Below, piece after piece: positions 41,549 through 53,039 of a stretch of 64,000 bases of DNA. Under the pieces are notes generated by a model. It was given only the letters and a program-made list of their open reading frames with translations, had not been told where the DNA came from and searched no databases. How positions within the stretch are numbered: the stretch's first letter is position 1; every line of letters starts with the position of its first letter. A program made the position numbers and the translations under genes. This DNA comes from an uncultured delta proteobacterium (GTDB taxonomy: Bacteria > Myxococcota_A > Polyangia > Palsa-1104), in assembly GCA_963785725.1 (NCBI GenBank), contig CAWAWS010000003.1:128001-192000 (forward strand). Reading direction: 5' to 3'.

Positions 41549-43321
41549 CTACAGCCGCGGCGCGTGGTCGGCGTCGGCGCGCGTGCGCTGGTCGATCGGC
41601 TGGCTGGCGAGCACGAACACGACGAGCCGCGACCACGGCGCGCCCGGCGAACGATAGTGCGCGACGGCGATGGCGACGTTCTGGAGCCGCGGCTGCAGCA
41701 GATCCTGCGGAAACACCAGCGCCTCGAGCGACGACGTCTCGAACACCCAGCCGAGGAGCTGCGTGCCCGGATGCGTCTCGGCCGCGTGGTGCAGCGCGCG
41801 ATGGAGCGCCGGCGAAGGCGCGCTCTGTCCGCTCTGCACGCGCGCCGCCGCCTCCTCGACCTCGCGCGTCAGCTCGGGCGACGCCGGCAGCGGCGCCATC
41901 GCCGTCGTCACGCGGGCGTGCGTGAGCCGGCCGAGCAGGCGCTGCGCGTCGGCGCCGTGGTTGGCCCCGTCGAACAGCTGATAGCTCGACGCGACCAGGC
42001 CGACGAGCGGATTCTTGGCGTCGACGACGGGACCGAGCGCCACGAGCCGCGTCGCGCGATCGAGCAGCGCCTCGCGACCCGACGGCCGCTCCAGCATGCT
42101 GTCGACGAGCCGCCCCAGATCCTGCGTGTGCGCGACGAGACCGTAGGTGAAGCCGCCCGAGCGAATGTTGCCGTCGACCTCCCAGCCGGCGCGTAGGCCG
42201 AGCACGACCTCGTCGACCACCTGCTCGGGCTCGGTGCCGGCGAGCGCGGCGAAATAGTGCGGCGCCACCGCTGCGGCGACGGCGCTCTGCCGCTCCGACA
42301 GCGCCACCGGCGGCAGGCCGGCGTCGTGGCGCACGTCGTTGATGAGGCCGAGCAGCTGCGCGCGCGGCTCCGGTCCGACGGGCAGCGCGCGGTTGACGTA
42401 GCCGGCGCTGTCGTAGCTGTTGCCGGGCGCGCCTTGCGGCCACACGATCAGGCGCGCCGCGACGGTGCCGACGATGCGGCCGGCCTGAAACGACGCGATC
42501 TCGAGCCACGCGCTCGTGTCGTTGACGTCGGCGTCGCAGCTGACGAGGAAGCGCGGCAACGCGATCGTCGGATCGACGGCGCAGCGGCCGAAGCCGAAGT
42601 GGCCGCGATTGATGAGCGCCTCGACGTGCTCGGCCGGCGCCAACAGCTCGCCCTGCACGTTGACGGTTCCGGTCGGCCCGGTCTGCAGCGCCAGCGGCTC
42701 GAGCTTGGCCTGCAGCCGCGAGGTCACGATCATGGCGACGGCGCGATCGCCTTGCCGGCCGAACCAAATGGCCGCGCGCTGGCTGCCGTGCAGCATCGCG
42801 CGCAGCTCCGTCGTCAGATTGGGGCGAATTTGCGTGAACAGCGCGGCCTCGGGACCGCTCGTGTGGCCGGGGAAATAGCGGAAGCTCAAGGTGTCGGACA
42901 CGGCGCCGCAGCGCGCGGCGATGAACGCCGCCAGCCGCTCGGTCGGCAGCGCGTCCTTGGCGACATAAAAGAGGCCGGTCTCGCGCGCCACGCAGTGCAG
43001 GCTCTCGGGCAGCGCGATGGCGCCGTTTTGCTCGCCGGCGAGCTGCTCCAAGAGCGCCTGCCAAGCCGAGTCGTCGTGATGCGGCTGGGCGACGATGCCG
43101 TCGGGCAAGGGGCCGGTCAACGGCCAGCGCTCGACGTCCGCGGCCGCGGTGCGCACGAGCTTGGCCGGCGCCGGCGCCGCGGCGATGCGCTCGAGCCGCT
43201 CGCGCGACGGAAACTGCTCGCGAAAGGCGCGCGCCGCCGCCTCTTCCTGCGCGCTGCCTTTCGTGGTCGCGCAGCCGGCCGCGCAACACGTCGCCAACGC
43301 CATCAGCCACAGCCGCTTCAT
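41549..43321 (-). CDS. Lipoprotein with CAP/SCP-like domain
   Basis: AAGC lipobox; LLGLINDVRHDAGLPPV pattern. Confidence 0.65.
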   Translation of the reverse strand: MKRLWLMALATCCAAGCATTKGSAQEEAAARAFREQFPSRERLERIAAAPAPAKLVRTAAADVERWPLTGPLPDGIVAQPHHDDSAWQALLEQLAGEQNGAIALPESLHCVARETGLFYVAKDALPTERLAAFIAARCGAVSDTLSFRYFPGHTSGPEAALFTQIRPNLTTELRAMLHGSQRAAIWFGRQGDRAVAMIVTSRLQAKLEPLALQTGPTGTVNVQGELLAPAEHVEALINRGHFGFGRCAVDPTIALPRFLVSCDADVNDTSAWLEIASFQAGRIVGTVAARLIVWPQGAPGNSYDSAGYVNRALPVGPEPRAQLLGLINDVRHDAGLPPVALSERQSAVAAAVAPHYFAALAGTEPEQVVDEVVLGLRAGWEVDGNIRSGGFTYGLVAHTQDLGRLVDSMLERPSGREALLDRATRLVALGPVVDAKNPLVGLVASSYQLFDGANHGADAQRLLGRLTHARVTTAMAPLPASPELTREVEEAAARVQSGQSAPSPALHRALHHAAETHPGTQLLGWVFETSSLEALVFPQDLLQPRLQNVAIAVAHYRSPGAPWSRLVVFVLASQPIDQRTRADADHAPRL

Positions 43322-43442
43322 CGCGATCTCGCGCATGAACGCCGCCATAGCACGAGAGGCGCAACCGATTTGGTGGCGATGATCACGAGGAACGAGCGGA
43401 ATGGACGAATGAAGGATCGAGGCTAGCGGACTCGAGCGAAGG

Positions 43443-44909
43443 CTACTTCGTGGGCGACTGGAACGAGGCGATGGCGGCGAGCATCTCGGCTTTGACCGGC
43501 GCCGACGCGTTGGCGGGCGCGAACGCGTACACTTGGAACGCGTTGCCGCCGGCGACGAACACGCCGTACATCTGCACCAGCTCCATGCCGTTGACGTTGC
43601 CGCGCGCCTCGATGACGCGACCCGAGCCGATGTTGGTCATGCGCACGACGTGGAACTTCTTGGCCGACGACTTGGCGCTGCGCAGCACGAGGCCGGCCAG
43701 CTGATCGAGCGTCAAGCTCTGGCCGCCCAAGCTCTCGCCGATGACGAGGACGTGCGCGTCGGCGTCGGCGCGCGTGATCCAGCGGTCGGCCAGCTTGTTC
43801 TGCTCGTGCGTCGTCTTCGAGGGCACGATCGTCCACTTGTCGCTCGGCATCTGCAGCTTCCAGTCGTAGCGCTCGCCGACCACGACGCCCGACTCGGCGC
43901 TCGCCGCCGCCGGCTCGGCCGTGGTCGCCGTCGCCGCTTGCGTCGGCTCGGGCGCTTGCACCGTCTTGGCGGCGATCTGGTTGGCGAACGCCTGCGCTTT
44001 GACCTTCTTCGTGTAGTCCTCGAAGCCTTTGGCCGCGAGGAATCCCCAGATGGCGACGATGAAGATCATCGACGACGCGCCGCCGCCGCTGGCGAAGCCG
44101 AACATCGGCGCCAGCGGATAGGCGAAGAAGCCGCGACCGACGACCGGGATCGTGCCCGGCAGCGCCATCTCCCGCAGCGCCGCGATGCGCTTGGGCAGAT
44201 ACGGATGCGTCGAGTTCAGCTCGTACACGGCCATCCAGAAGCCGCCCGTCTCGTGGCGCTGCTCGACGAAGGCGTCGAGGTTCATGACGCGGCCGGCGCG
44301 ACGACCGGCGGCCAAGATGGCGAGCGCGCGCGACGAAATCTCGAGGTCGCCGACGAACGAGTGGCCGGCGCGATCGCAGGTGTACTCGCAGGCGCGCGAA
44401 TAGGCCGGTCCGAGCAGCGGGATGATGCGGATCGGCATCAACATCCAGTTGAGATGGCCGGCCGCGAGGTGCGCCACTTCATGCGCGATGACGAAGTCGA
44501 TCTCCGACGGTCCCAACACCGCGCTGCCGCCGTCACAGGCGTCGACGAGCTCGGAGTTGAGGATGACGAAGCGGCGACCGAGCAGCTTGGTGGCGAAGGC
44601 GTTCAGGATGCCGCCCGACTGCATCAGATAGGCGGCCGGCGGCTCGCGCAGACCGAGGCGCTGCGACGCGGCCACGACCTTGTTCCACAAGTGCGGCAGC
44701 TGTTGCGGCCCGAGGCGCACGGCGTTGCCGCGCACGTGGGCGAGATGGAGCGCGTGGGCGACCAGGATGACGAGCGCGATGAGCGCGCCGTAGATCGCGC
44801 CGATGATCGAGACGACCACCAGCAGCCAAGAGACGATCGCGATGCCAATGGCGAAGCCGCGTAGCGTGCGCTCTCTTTTCGACCTGAGCTCTTCTGGAAA
44901 CGTGTTCAT
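43443..44909 (-). CDS. M48-family membrane metallopeptidase with C-terminal extension
   Basis: LNAFA, AHEVAH, YSRACEYTCDR, STHP...RI. Confidence 0.88.
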   Translation of the reverse strand: MNTFPEELRSKRERTLRGFAIGIAIVSWLLVVVSIIGAIYGALIALVILVAHALHLAHVRGNAVRLGPQQLPHLWNKVVAASQRLGLREPPAAYLMQSGGILNAFATKLLGRRFVILNSELVDACDGGSAVLGPSEIDFVIAHEVAHLAAGHLNWMLMPIRIIPLLGPAYSRACEYTCDRAGHSFVGDLEISSRALAILAAGRRAGRVMNLDAFVEQRHETGGFWMAVYELNSTHPYLPKRIAALREMALPGTIPVVGRGFFAYPLAPMFGFASGGGASSMIFIVAIWGFLAAKGFEDYTKKVKAQAFANQIAAKTVQAPEPTQAATATTAEPAAASAESGVVVGERYDWKLQMPSDKWTIVPSKTTHEQNKLADRWITRADADAHVLVIGESLGGQSLTLDQLAGLVLRSAKSSAKKFHVVRMTNIGSGRVIEARGNVNGMELVQMYGVFVAGGNAFQVYAFAPANASAPVKAEMLAAIASFQSPTK

Positions 44910-45367
44910 TTCCCCACCGACCTTTTGTTGACTGGATTGCAATCGGACTGATTGGCAATTCAGCCTTTGTTATGTGGGGACACTAGCACCGCTGAACACA
45001 CATGCGCACCGACAAAAGCAAGCCAATCGACGATTCAAGCGGCTGAATAGATTACGGAAACTGTCTCGCGCGCGAGACAGATCGACGTCATTTCGGCTCA
45101 ACGAATAGGGATTATCGGAGTGCAGATGACGCAGTCGAACTCTGCGTTAGCGGATTGTTCGATCGCGCAGTCGCGACTGATTGCATCGATTAGATGGACG
45201 CGCAGTCGACTGGAGCCGCCGGCGCACTTCCAAACGGCTGGCGGTGGACTGCCAAGCGGGACGATCGATTCCGACGGGACGATCGATTCCGGAGGATGGT
45301 GGGCTCGCAGGAATTTCCCCCGTCCGCCCTCCCAATTATCGGGCTCGCTGCGGAAAAGTTGCGGGGC

Positions 45368-46345
45368 CTATTCGAATTTGACCTTCGTCAGCTGCTCGCT
45401 CACTTGCCATAGCCGCGCCGCCGACTCCGGATTCGTCGCCCACGGATTGACGCCGCTCGGCGCATTCGGATCGGCCGAGCCGACGACGGCGACCTCGCAA
45501 TCCTCGCAGTAAACACCGCCCAGCTTGTCGAGCCGCGGGCTCGTCGCGCACCAGACGATCGACGCCGCGCCCTGCTCCACCGTCTTCCGGCCTTTGGCCG
45601 GGTCGACGATGGGCCGCCCGTGGTCGTCGATGGCGCCGAGCCGATGCAGCTCCTCGCGCGACATATGGCGCGCCAAGTCGGTGATGATGCCGCCCGGATG
45701 CACCGAAAACGCGCGCACGCCGTGTGCTTGCCCGAGCTGATCGAGCGTCAGCGCGAACAGGATATTCGCCGTCTTCGACTGCCCATAACCGACCCACGGA
45801 TCATAAGGACGACGCTCGAAGTTGAGGTCGGCGAAATCGACCGGCGCGCGCCGATGACCGCGCGATGACACGGCCACGACGCGCGCCCGCTTGGCGCGCA
45901 CGAGCGCCGGCCACAGCCGCGCCGTCAGCTGAAAGTGGCCGAGATGATTCGTCGAGAGCTGCGACTCGTTGCCGCGCGCATCGCGGGTCAAGGGCGGCGC
46001 CATCACGGCTGCGCAATTGACGAGGATGTCGAGCGTCCCATGCTGCGCCGAGAAGCGCGCCGCGAACGCGTCGATCGATTGCGGATCCATGAGGTCGAGC
46101 GCTTCCAGCTGCGCGCGCGGCACGGCCTGCAGGTTTCGCCGTGCCTTGTCGGCGTCGCGTGCCGGTACGATGACGGTGCAGCCCGCGTCCGACAGCGTGC
46201 GCGCGACCTCGACGCCGAGGCCGGAATAGCCGCCGGTCACGATCGCCACTTTGCCGGTGAGATCGATGCCCTTGATGACGTCGTGGGTCGTCGAGGCCGC
46301 TCCGAAGCCGGAGCCAATCGGAGCCTGTGCAGTCGTGGTCGCCAT
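45368..46345 (-). CDS. SDR oxidoreductase (retinol dehydrogenase-like)
   Basis: TGGYSGLG, NHLGHF, YGQSKTAN, VHPG. Confidence 0.93.
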   Translation of the reverse strand: MATTTAQAPIGSGFGAASTTHDVIKGIDLTGKVAIVTGGYSGLGVEVARTLSDAGCTVIVPARDADKARRNLQAVPRAQLEALDLMDPQSIDAFAARFSAQHGTLDILVNCAAVMAPPLTRDARGNESQLSTNHLGHFQLTARLWPALVRAKRARVVAVSSRGHRRAPVDFADLNFERRPYDPWVGYGQSKTANILFALTLDQLGQAHGVRAFSVHPGGIITDLARHMSREELHRLGAIDDHGRPIVDPAKGRKTVEQGAASIVWCATSPRLDKLGGVYCEDCEVAVVGSADPNAPSGVNPWATNPESAARLWQVSEQLTKVKFE

Positions 46346-46401
46346 GGCGTGACTCCTATTCGTGGGTGTTCGTTGCCAATCGCAGTCGTGTGCGGCGCGC
46401 G

Positions 46402-46980
46402 CTATCTCGCCTTGGGCACGAGCGCGCGCACCGCGATGTCCATGTGCGCCGCAAACTCGGCGCGCGTCTTCACTTTGTATTTCCAGCCGCGCGCGCAGGC
46501 ATGGAGCGTCTGCGCCAGCTGCAGCGGCGTCACGCGCGCCGCCTTGCAGGCCGCGGCCAGCGGCGAGTCCGTGATGGCGCGCGCCAGCTTGCGCTCGAAC
46601 GCGGCGCCATAGTCGGCGACCATCGTGCCGAGCACGGCGCGACCGCCTTCGCCGAGGTCGACGCCGTCGCTGCCGAGCTGCTCCAGGTAGCGCCCGCTCC
46701 ATTCGTCGAGCGCGCGCACCAGCCGCGGGCCGATGCCGAGCGCGTCCGCGAGCGCGACCTCGACGTCCGCCATCGCCGCGTCCAGCCCCGACTGAATGGC
46801 CTCGCGAAACAGCGTCTCTTTGTCGCTGAAATGGCCATAGAGCGCCTGCCGCGACAGCTCGGCCTCGCGCGCGATGTCATCCATCGACGTCTTGCGAAAG
46901 CCGTAGCGCAAGAAGGTCGCCAGCGCCGCTTGCAGCAGCGCCGCCCGCCGATCGACTGAAGCTGCTGACTTCGGGCTCAC
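46402..46980 (-). CDS. TetR-family regulator
   Basis: FLRYGFRKTSMDDIAREAELSRQALYGHFSDKETLF. Confidence 0.93.
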   Translation of the reverse strand: MSPKSAASVDRRAALLQAALATFLRYGFRKTSMDDIAREAELSRQALYGHFSDKETLFREAIQSGLDAAMADVEVALADALGIGPRLVRALDEWSGRYLEQLGSDGVDLGEGGRAVLGTMVADYGAAFERKLARAITDSPLAAACKAARVTPLQLAQTLHACARGWKYKVKTRAEFAAHMDIAVRALVPKAR

Positions 46981-46982
46981 AC

Positions 46983-47024
46983 GACAAAGGATGACAAACA
47001 TGACAATATTGTCAAGTTTGACAA
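46983..47024. promoter_or_regulatory. Candidate TetR operator cluster
   Basis: Perfect palindrome TGACAATATTGTCA (47001-47014) plus further GACAA half-sites just upstream of the tetR start. Confidence 0.7.
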
Positions 47025-47060
47025 CGCAGAGAATGGCCAACCCGAAGCGGTCGTTGCGGA

Positions 47061-47462
47061 TTACTTTTTGGCGCGGGGCGTGCGGCCGGCGGCGTAACAG
47101 ACGACTTCGATGTTGTTGCGCTCGGGATCGCGAACGAAGGCGGCGTAATAGTGCGGGCCGTAGTCGGGCCGCGGGCCGGGCGAGCCGTTGTCCTTGCCGC
47201 CGGCGGCGAGCGCCGCGCGATGGAAGGTGTCGACGGCGGCGCGCGTGCCGACGCGGAAGGCGTAGTGGCCGCCGCCGGCCGCTTTGCGATCGCGTGCGAG
47301 CCAGAAGATCTTGTCGTCGCCCGAGCCCATGCCGAAGGCGGAGCCGACGTCCATGTTGACGCGCATGCCGATGGCGCCGAGCGCCGCCTCGTAGAACTTG
47401 CGCGCCTTGGCCAGACCGCGCACGGCCAGGCCGATGTGATCGAGCTCGACGTGATTTTTCAT
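47061..47462 (-). CDS. VOC/glyoxalase-family protein
   Basis: LDHIGLAV, HYAF, GGKDNGSPGPR, YYAAFVRDPERNNIEVVC. Confidence 0.9.
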   Translation of the reverse strand: MKNHVELDHIGLAVRGLAKARKFYEAALGAIGMRVNMDVGSAFGMGSGDDKIFWLARDRKAAGGGHYAFRVGTRAAVDTFHRAALAAGGKDNGSPGPRPDYGPHYYAAFVRDPERNNIEVVCYAAGRTPRAKK

Positions 47463-47801
47463 GACGCCCGTTGTTCTAGACATGCAGCGCGCGAACGCCA
47501 CTGCCCGCGCGCCCCGCAATGACAGTGACAATCGAGCTTCAATTCCGCGACGAGCGTCGAACGGCCTAAACCGACCCCCGAACGAGCATAAAGGAGCGCT
47601 GAACGACCGGAGGAGCGCAGCACCGGCGTCAAACGAGCGCGAAGGCGGGCAAACCACGAGAGCACAAAGCGGGGGCTCGGCACACGAGCGCGCAAAGCGC
47701 GCGTCGGCCGCGAGTGCGGCCGTGGGGAGGCTCATTGGGCTGTGCCCAATGAGGGGTGCTTGCACCCTTAGATCGAGACGCCTTAAATCAGCTTCGCTGA
47801 T

Positions 47802-48167
47802 TTAAGGCGTGCAGATGTTGAACTCGTTGCCGTCTTGATCTTGGAACGTGACGCAGCCGGTGCCGTACGGGCAGTTGGCGCCGCCGTCGGGGCACTGCGT
47901 GTAGCACTGGCTGTTCACACAGATGGACGAGAAGTTCGATAGATCTTGCGGGCAGTCGGTGTCGACGGTGCAGCCGACGGTGCACAAGTTGCCGGTGAAG
48001 CCGGCCGAGACCGGCAGCGTCGTGCCCGAGCAGACCGTGCCCTGATCGCACACGTCGCCGGGCTGACACGACTCATAGGGCTCATCGACCGCGACGGTGC
48101 TGCCACCGCCGCCGCCGCAACCGAGGACCGAGAACGCCAGAGCAACTACGAACGTCAAGCGAGTCAT
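47802..48167 (-). CDS. Cys-rich lipoprotein
   Basis: VLGC lipobox; about 12 further Cys in repeated C-x-C patterns; AGGAG RBS. Confidence 0.8.
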   Translation of the reverse strand: MTRLTFVVALAFSVLGCGGGGGSTVAVDEPYESCQPGDVCDQGTVCSGTTLPVSAGFTGNLCTVGCTVDTDCPQDLSNFSSICVNSQCYTQCPDGGANCPYGTGCVTFQDQDGNEFNICTP

Positions 48168-48694
48168 GTCGCATCTCCTGTGAAATAAAGAACCCTGATC
48201 GTCGTTCCCATTGGCGCCGGGTCAAGTCTTTTGCGCGTTAATCGGCGACCCGATGGCGATTGTGGCGCCTGTCCGACCTCGCTCGCGACGCGAAGGTTGC
48301 CGCCGTTCGGCGCGACGATTTCGCCGCCTGCGACCCGCGAATCGGCATCACCGATGAGAATCTCGCGCTATTTCGATCACTTTGTGCCGTGACGCCGAGC
48401 GCGCGCGTCATGGATGGCGGCGGCAAAATCGATTCTCCGACCATCGATCGCCCAACGAATGATCGAGCACGCCCTCCTCGCCCAAAACGGCCGCGACGTG
48501 TTCTGTCGATGCGCGCGTCAGCCGGGCTGCTGCCGACTGCGAACCCGGCGCCGGATTGTAAACTCGCCATGGACGACCGAGGCGCGCGCTCCGCAGTCGC
48601 TGCGCCTGATTCCCTACATTGTCGCCAAGTTGCACTCGGCCCCCGTTGGCGCGACTGGTGCAAACTGGGTCGTTCGTACTTGGGGGATTCGAGC

Positions 48695-51320
48695 GTGAGC
48701 ATTCGGCGCAACCGGGCGGCGGCGATCTTTTCGGCGGTGAGCGTGTGGGCGAGCCTGGCGAGCGCGTCGCCGGCGCGGACGAGCGGCAAGCTCGATCCCA
48801 ACGTGGCGCGCGTGCTGGCCACGGGGCTCACGAGCCCGCATTCGCGCCGGCCGCGGCAGCCGGGCCGCGCGCGCGTCGTCGTCGAGCTGGCACAAGAGGC
48901 GACGCCGGCGAGCCTGGCGCAGCTGGAGGCGACGGGCGCCGAGCTGACGCGCGTCGACGGCAAGGTCGTCTACTATCGGCGCTTCGTGCCGGCGCAGCTG
49001 ACGAGCCGCGTGGCGCCGGCGCTGGCGGCGCTGCCGACGGTGACGCGCGTGCATTCGGCGAGCGCGACCCCGCCGTTGCCGCTCGACCGCTCGGCGCAGC
49101 TGGTGCGGCTGGCCGACGCGCGCGGCGCGCGGCCCGGCCTCGACCTCATCGCCGGCCAAGGCATGCTCATCGGCGACGTCGACACCATCGATCGATCCCT
49201 TCGAGCCCACGTTCTTCAGAGGCGACGGCGGCTATTACGACTGGATCGACGTCGACCACGACGGCGTCTTTACGCCCGCCCGCGACGCCATCGATCTCGA
49301 CGGCGACGGCAAGGTCGGCAAGCACGAGCTGGCGCAGGCGATCCTCGCCAGCCCCGTCGACTTCTACGGCGAGGCGCTGCCGGCGCACGCCATCGGCTTC
49401 GATCCCGGCATCGACTGGGTCTATCTCGACCAAAACGGCAACGGCAAGCGCGACTACGGCGCCGCCGCCGGCTTCGACGACACGACGCCGGCGTTCGGCG
49501 AGCCGCTGTTCACGCCCGACGACGTCAATCGCAACGGCCAGATCGACGTCGGCGAGCGCTTCGTGCGCCTCAAAACCAGCAAGCTGCGCGCCATCTACGT
49601 CAACCTCGACACGCCCAAAGTCAGCCAAGTCTTCACCCGCGGCGTCAACTTGTCGGCGACGCAGATCGACTACACCGCCGGCCAGCTCTACGGCAGCGCC
49701 GACGCCTTCCACGCCACGCCCGCCGACACCATCCTCGTCGGTGACGTGCCGCTGGTCGGGCGCCGCTGGGTGGGCATGGCGCCCGAGGCCGACCTCGTCT
49801 TGGCGTGGGATCCCGAAGGATTGCCGACGGCGGGCGCGGCCTGGGCGCTGCAGCAGAAGCCGAACGTCATGCTCTACGAGCTGGCGGAGTGGGTGTCGTT
49901 CCCGCTCGATGGCTCGGACGCGCTGTCGCAGATGATCGACAGCGCCACCGTCAACGACGGCGTCACCAACGTCTGTCCGACGGGCGACCAAGGATCGGCG
50001 CGCAAGCACGCCGGCATGCAAGTGGCGCCCGGCGGCGACGGCACGCTCGCGTTCGACCTGCCGGCGCACGCGCAAGCGCTGACCGGCGCGCTCGGCACCG
50101 TCTGGGTCTCGGTCGACGTGCAAGGCGGCGCGCCGTCGCAGCTGGCGCTCGTCGGACCTTCGGGCGATCGCTACGATCTGCTGGCGAGCGCGCAAGGCAC
50201 GCTGCACGGCGGCGCGAGCTATTACGCGACGACGCAGACGACGCCGCGCGCGACCTGGTTCGCCGACGTCGTGCTCTACAACGGCACGGCGACGACGCCG
50301 CTCGACATCGGCAACTGGACGCTCGACGTCGGCGGCGCGGCGGCGGGCACGCTCATCGTCGACGCCTACTTGACCGACGATCGCACGAGCTTCAGCGTCG
50401 GCGCCGCCTGGGACGCGAGCGTGGCCAGCGATCGCAGCACCATCGGCATTCCGTCGGTCGCCGATCACTGCATCGCCGTCAACGCGCAGCCCGATCACCT
50501 CGATAGCAACGGACAAGAGCCTTGGTACGACAGCTATTGGGCGGTTTATGATCTGCCGCCCGGTTATGTCGATACCGATTTGACGTTGCGCGCCTATTGT
50601 CCGCTGGGGCCGCGCATCGACGGCGTCATGAAGCCCGACGTCACCGCGCCCGATAATCCGTGGGGCGCCGTGCCGCACGACGCGGAGGCGAAGTCGCCGT
50701 TCGGCAGCTTCACCGTCTTCGGCGGCACCTCGGGCGCGTCGCCGCACGTCGCCGGCGTGGCGGCGCTGTTGGCGCAAGCGGGCATCAGCGGCGACGCCGC
50801 GCGCGACGCGCTGCGCGCCGGCGCCGACGCCGACGGCATCACCGGCGCCGTGCCCAACGGCAGCTACGGCTACGGCCGGCTCGACGCCGCCGGCGCACTC
50901 GGCGTCAAGACCGTCGGCGCCGACGTGAGCGTGACGTTGGCGGTCGATCCGCCGAAGCCGGCGCGTGGGCAGCCGTTCCGGCTCGTGCCGACGCTGGCCG
51001 GCGACGTCGACGGCGCGCAGGCCGAGTGGGACGTCGGCTACGACGGCACGTGGGACACGGCGTATGCGGCGGTCGCGCCCTACGCCGACCTGACGAGCGC
51101 GGCCGGCAAGCACGGCTACAAAGTGCGCGTCCGCAACGCCGCCGGCCACGTCGCCGAAGCCGTGGCCTGGGTCGACATGGCGGCGCCGGCGACGCACGGC
51201 TGCAGCTTCGCGCCCGGCGCAACCGACGACGACGACGAACAGGATCACACCGGCGGCTGGGCCGGCGCCTTGAGCGCGCTGTTGTTGCTGCTCGGCCTCC
51301 GCAAACGCTTCGGCCTCTAA
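48695..51320 (+). CDS. S8 (subtilisin-like) serine peptidase with MYXO-CTERM-like tail, frameshift near 49190
   Basis: IGDVDT, KPDVTAP, GTSGASPHVAG, YGYGRLD; C-terminal GCSFAPG...LLLLGLRKR. Confidence 0.85.
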
Positions 51321-51761
51321 GCCTTGGAGCGGCCGACAGCCAACAGCGACCGCTCCCGCCGCGCCTGCGTCAGGCCCTTCGCGCAGCCGACGCGGTCGAG
51401 TGCACGATCACCGTCGGTCGGCGCGATCAGGCTCAGCTGCGACGAGCAGCCTACAGCCGAGCGGTGTCGCTCACGAGCGAAGCCGAACGAGAACTCCGAG
51501 ATATCCGGCAGCATCAACCGACAATCATCAAATGACATGGATGAGCGGCGTGACCCCCAATGCCTCCTATTCGACCCCTTTAACAGCGTGACAGTTACCG
51601 TAGGGCAGCCAATGCGCGCCGCGACTCCAATGACATGCGACATTCTGTCGCCGGAACAGACGTTCGGGGCATCCGAGCCGCCGAGCGCCACTTCACTAGC
51701 GACGTTGGCGGTGAAGAAAACGAGCCACGCGTGAATGCGCGCGATCGTGCGCAGCGCGCGA

Positions 51762-52868
51762 CTATGGCGCCGACATAGCCGACGATCCGTCCCGTCCGCA
51801 ACGAACGAGCACGTGCCATAGGAGCTTCAGCTCCTGGACGACTTCCGCATAAGCGCCACGATCGGCCCACGCCGCGGGATCGCGAAACAGCGCCACCGCC
51901 GCCTCGCCGATCGCGCGCGCGTCGACCTGGCCGTTGCGCGCGACGCGCGCGGCCAGCGACGGCATCGTCGGCCCCCGCACGTCGACCGGCACCTCGAGCG
52001 CGGAGAGCGTCGAGCCCGCGTGAAAATGGAGCGCGACGCCGTAGCGCGCGCACAGCGCCTCCAGCAGCGCGCCCGTCGGCGTGCCGGCGAACGACGGGTC
52101 CGCCACCAAGGCCTCGACGTCCTCGGCCAGCGCGATCGGCCCGTGCACTTGCGCCTCGACGAACTGGTCGAGGTTCCGCGAGAGCGGTCGCGACATTCGG
52201 GCGGCGATGGGCTCGTCGAGCCGCGTGCGCAGGTGGCTGACAATCCGCGCCGGCCGAATGTCGCGCTCGCCGGCGGCGGAGTCGCGCGTGAATGCCTCGA
52301 ACAAGAGCGCGCCAACGACGTCGTCGAGCTCCTCGAAGCTGCCGGCCAGGGTCGACTCTTGCGAGCCCAGGTACGTAAAGGTGCAGCGCGGCAACACCGA
52401 GGAGCGCAAGAGCAGGTACGAGGAGCCGAACCGCGGCGCCGGGCCGTCGGGCTGAAGGAAGAGGTCGAGCGCGCCGTACTTCGGCCGATGCGCGCTCGCC
52501 GTTCCGTCGAGCTGGTAGGCGCCGCCGAATAGGCGCCGCTCCCACTCGTCGCGCGGGCTGCCGGCGAATGGCGCAACGTGGCCGTTCGACAAGCGCGTCT
52601 CGAACTGACTGCGGTACGCGCCCGCGTCGAGGATTCCGGCGGCGACGCTGTGCCCGTTGGCATCGGGGCGATCGGGATGAAAGTGGACCGCGACGCGCGC
52701 CCGTGACCGCAGCATCGCCATCGCTTCGTCGTACGCGGCCCACGTCGCGTTCGACATGCGAAGGAGCTCGTCGATGCGCTCACGCGCCGCGTCCCGGCGC
52801 AGCCGCGCCTGCGCAGTCACGTGCGCGATCGCCTGCTCCTGCGATCGATGCAGCGCCATCGCGATCAT
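51762..52868 (-). CDS. DUF3626-like protein
   Basis: HFHPDR, YRSQFET..SNG, RPKYGAL, RFGSSY, FVEAQVHG. Confidence 0.8.
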   Translation of the reverse strand: MIAMALHRSQEQAIAHVTAQARLRRDAARERIDELLRMSNATWAAYDEAMAMLRSRARVAVHFHPDRPDANGHSVAAGILDAGAYRSQFETRLSNGHVAPFAGSPRDEWERRLFGGAYQLDGTASAHRPKYGALDLFLQPDGPAPRFGSSYLLLRSSVLPRCTFTYLGSQESTLAGSFEELDDVVGALLFEAFTRDSAAGERDIRPARIVSHLRTRLDEPIAARMSRPLSRNLDQFVEAQVHGPIALAEDVEALVADPSFAGTPTGALLEALCARYGVALHFHAGSTLSALEVPVDVRGPTMPSLAARVARNGQVDARAIGEAAVALFRDPAAWADRGAYAEVVQELKLLWHVLVRCGRDGSSAMSAP

Positions 52869-53039
52869 GATGAGCCCATTTCTTATATCAAAGCGCGCTC
52901 ATGAGTGTAGGTCGCGTACCGCAATCGATATGAAGTGAATGATCATTTCGATTACGACTTGACTTGGGCGCGCGCGAATATCAATGTGCCTTCAGTCCGG
53001 ACCTCAGCCACCCGGCAATTCTTCTTCGGCTGTTCGAGA

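Noticed and set aside
45258..45293. 18-bp direct duplication GGGACGATCGATTCCG
   Set aside because: Only two copies with no associated element
51317..51734. ORFs in the lower-GC gap after the S8 peptidase
   Set aside because: No recognisable motif on either strand; possibly a decayed fragment
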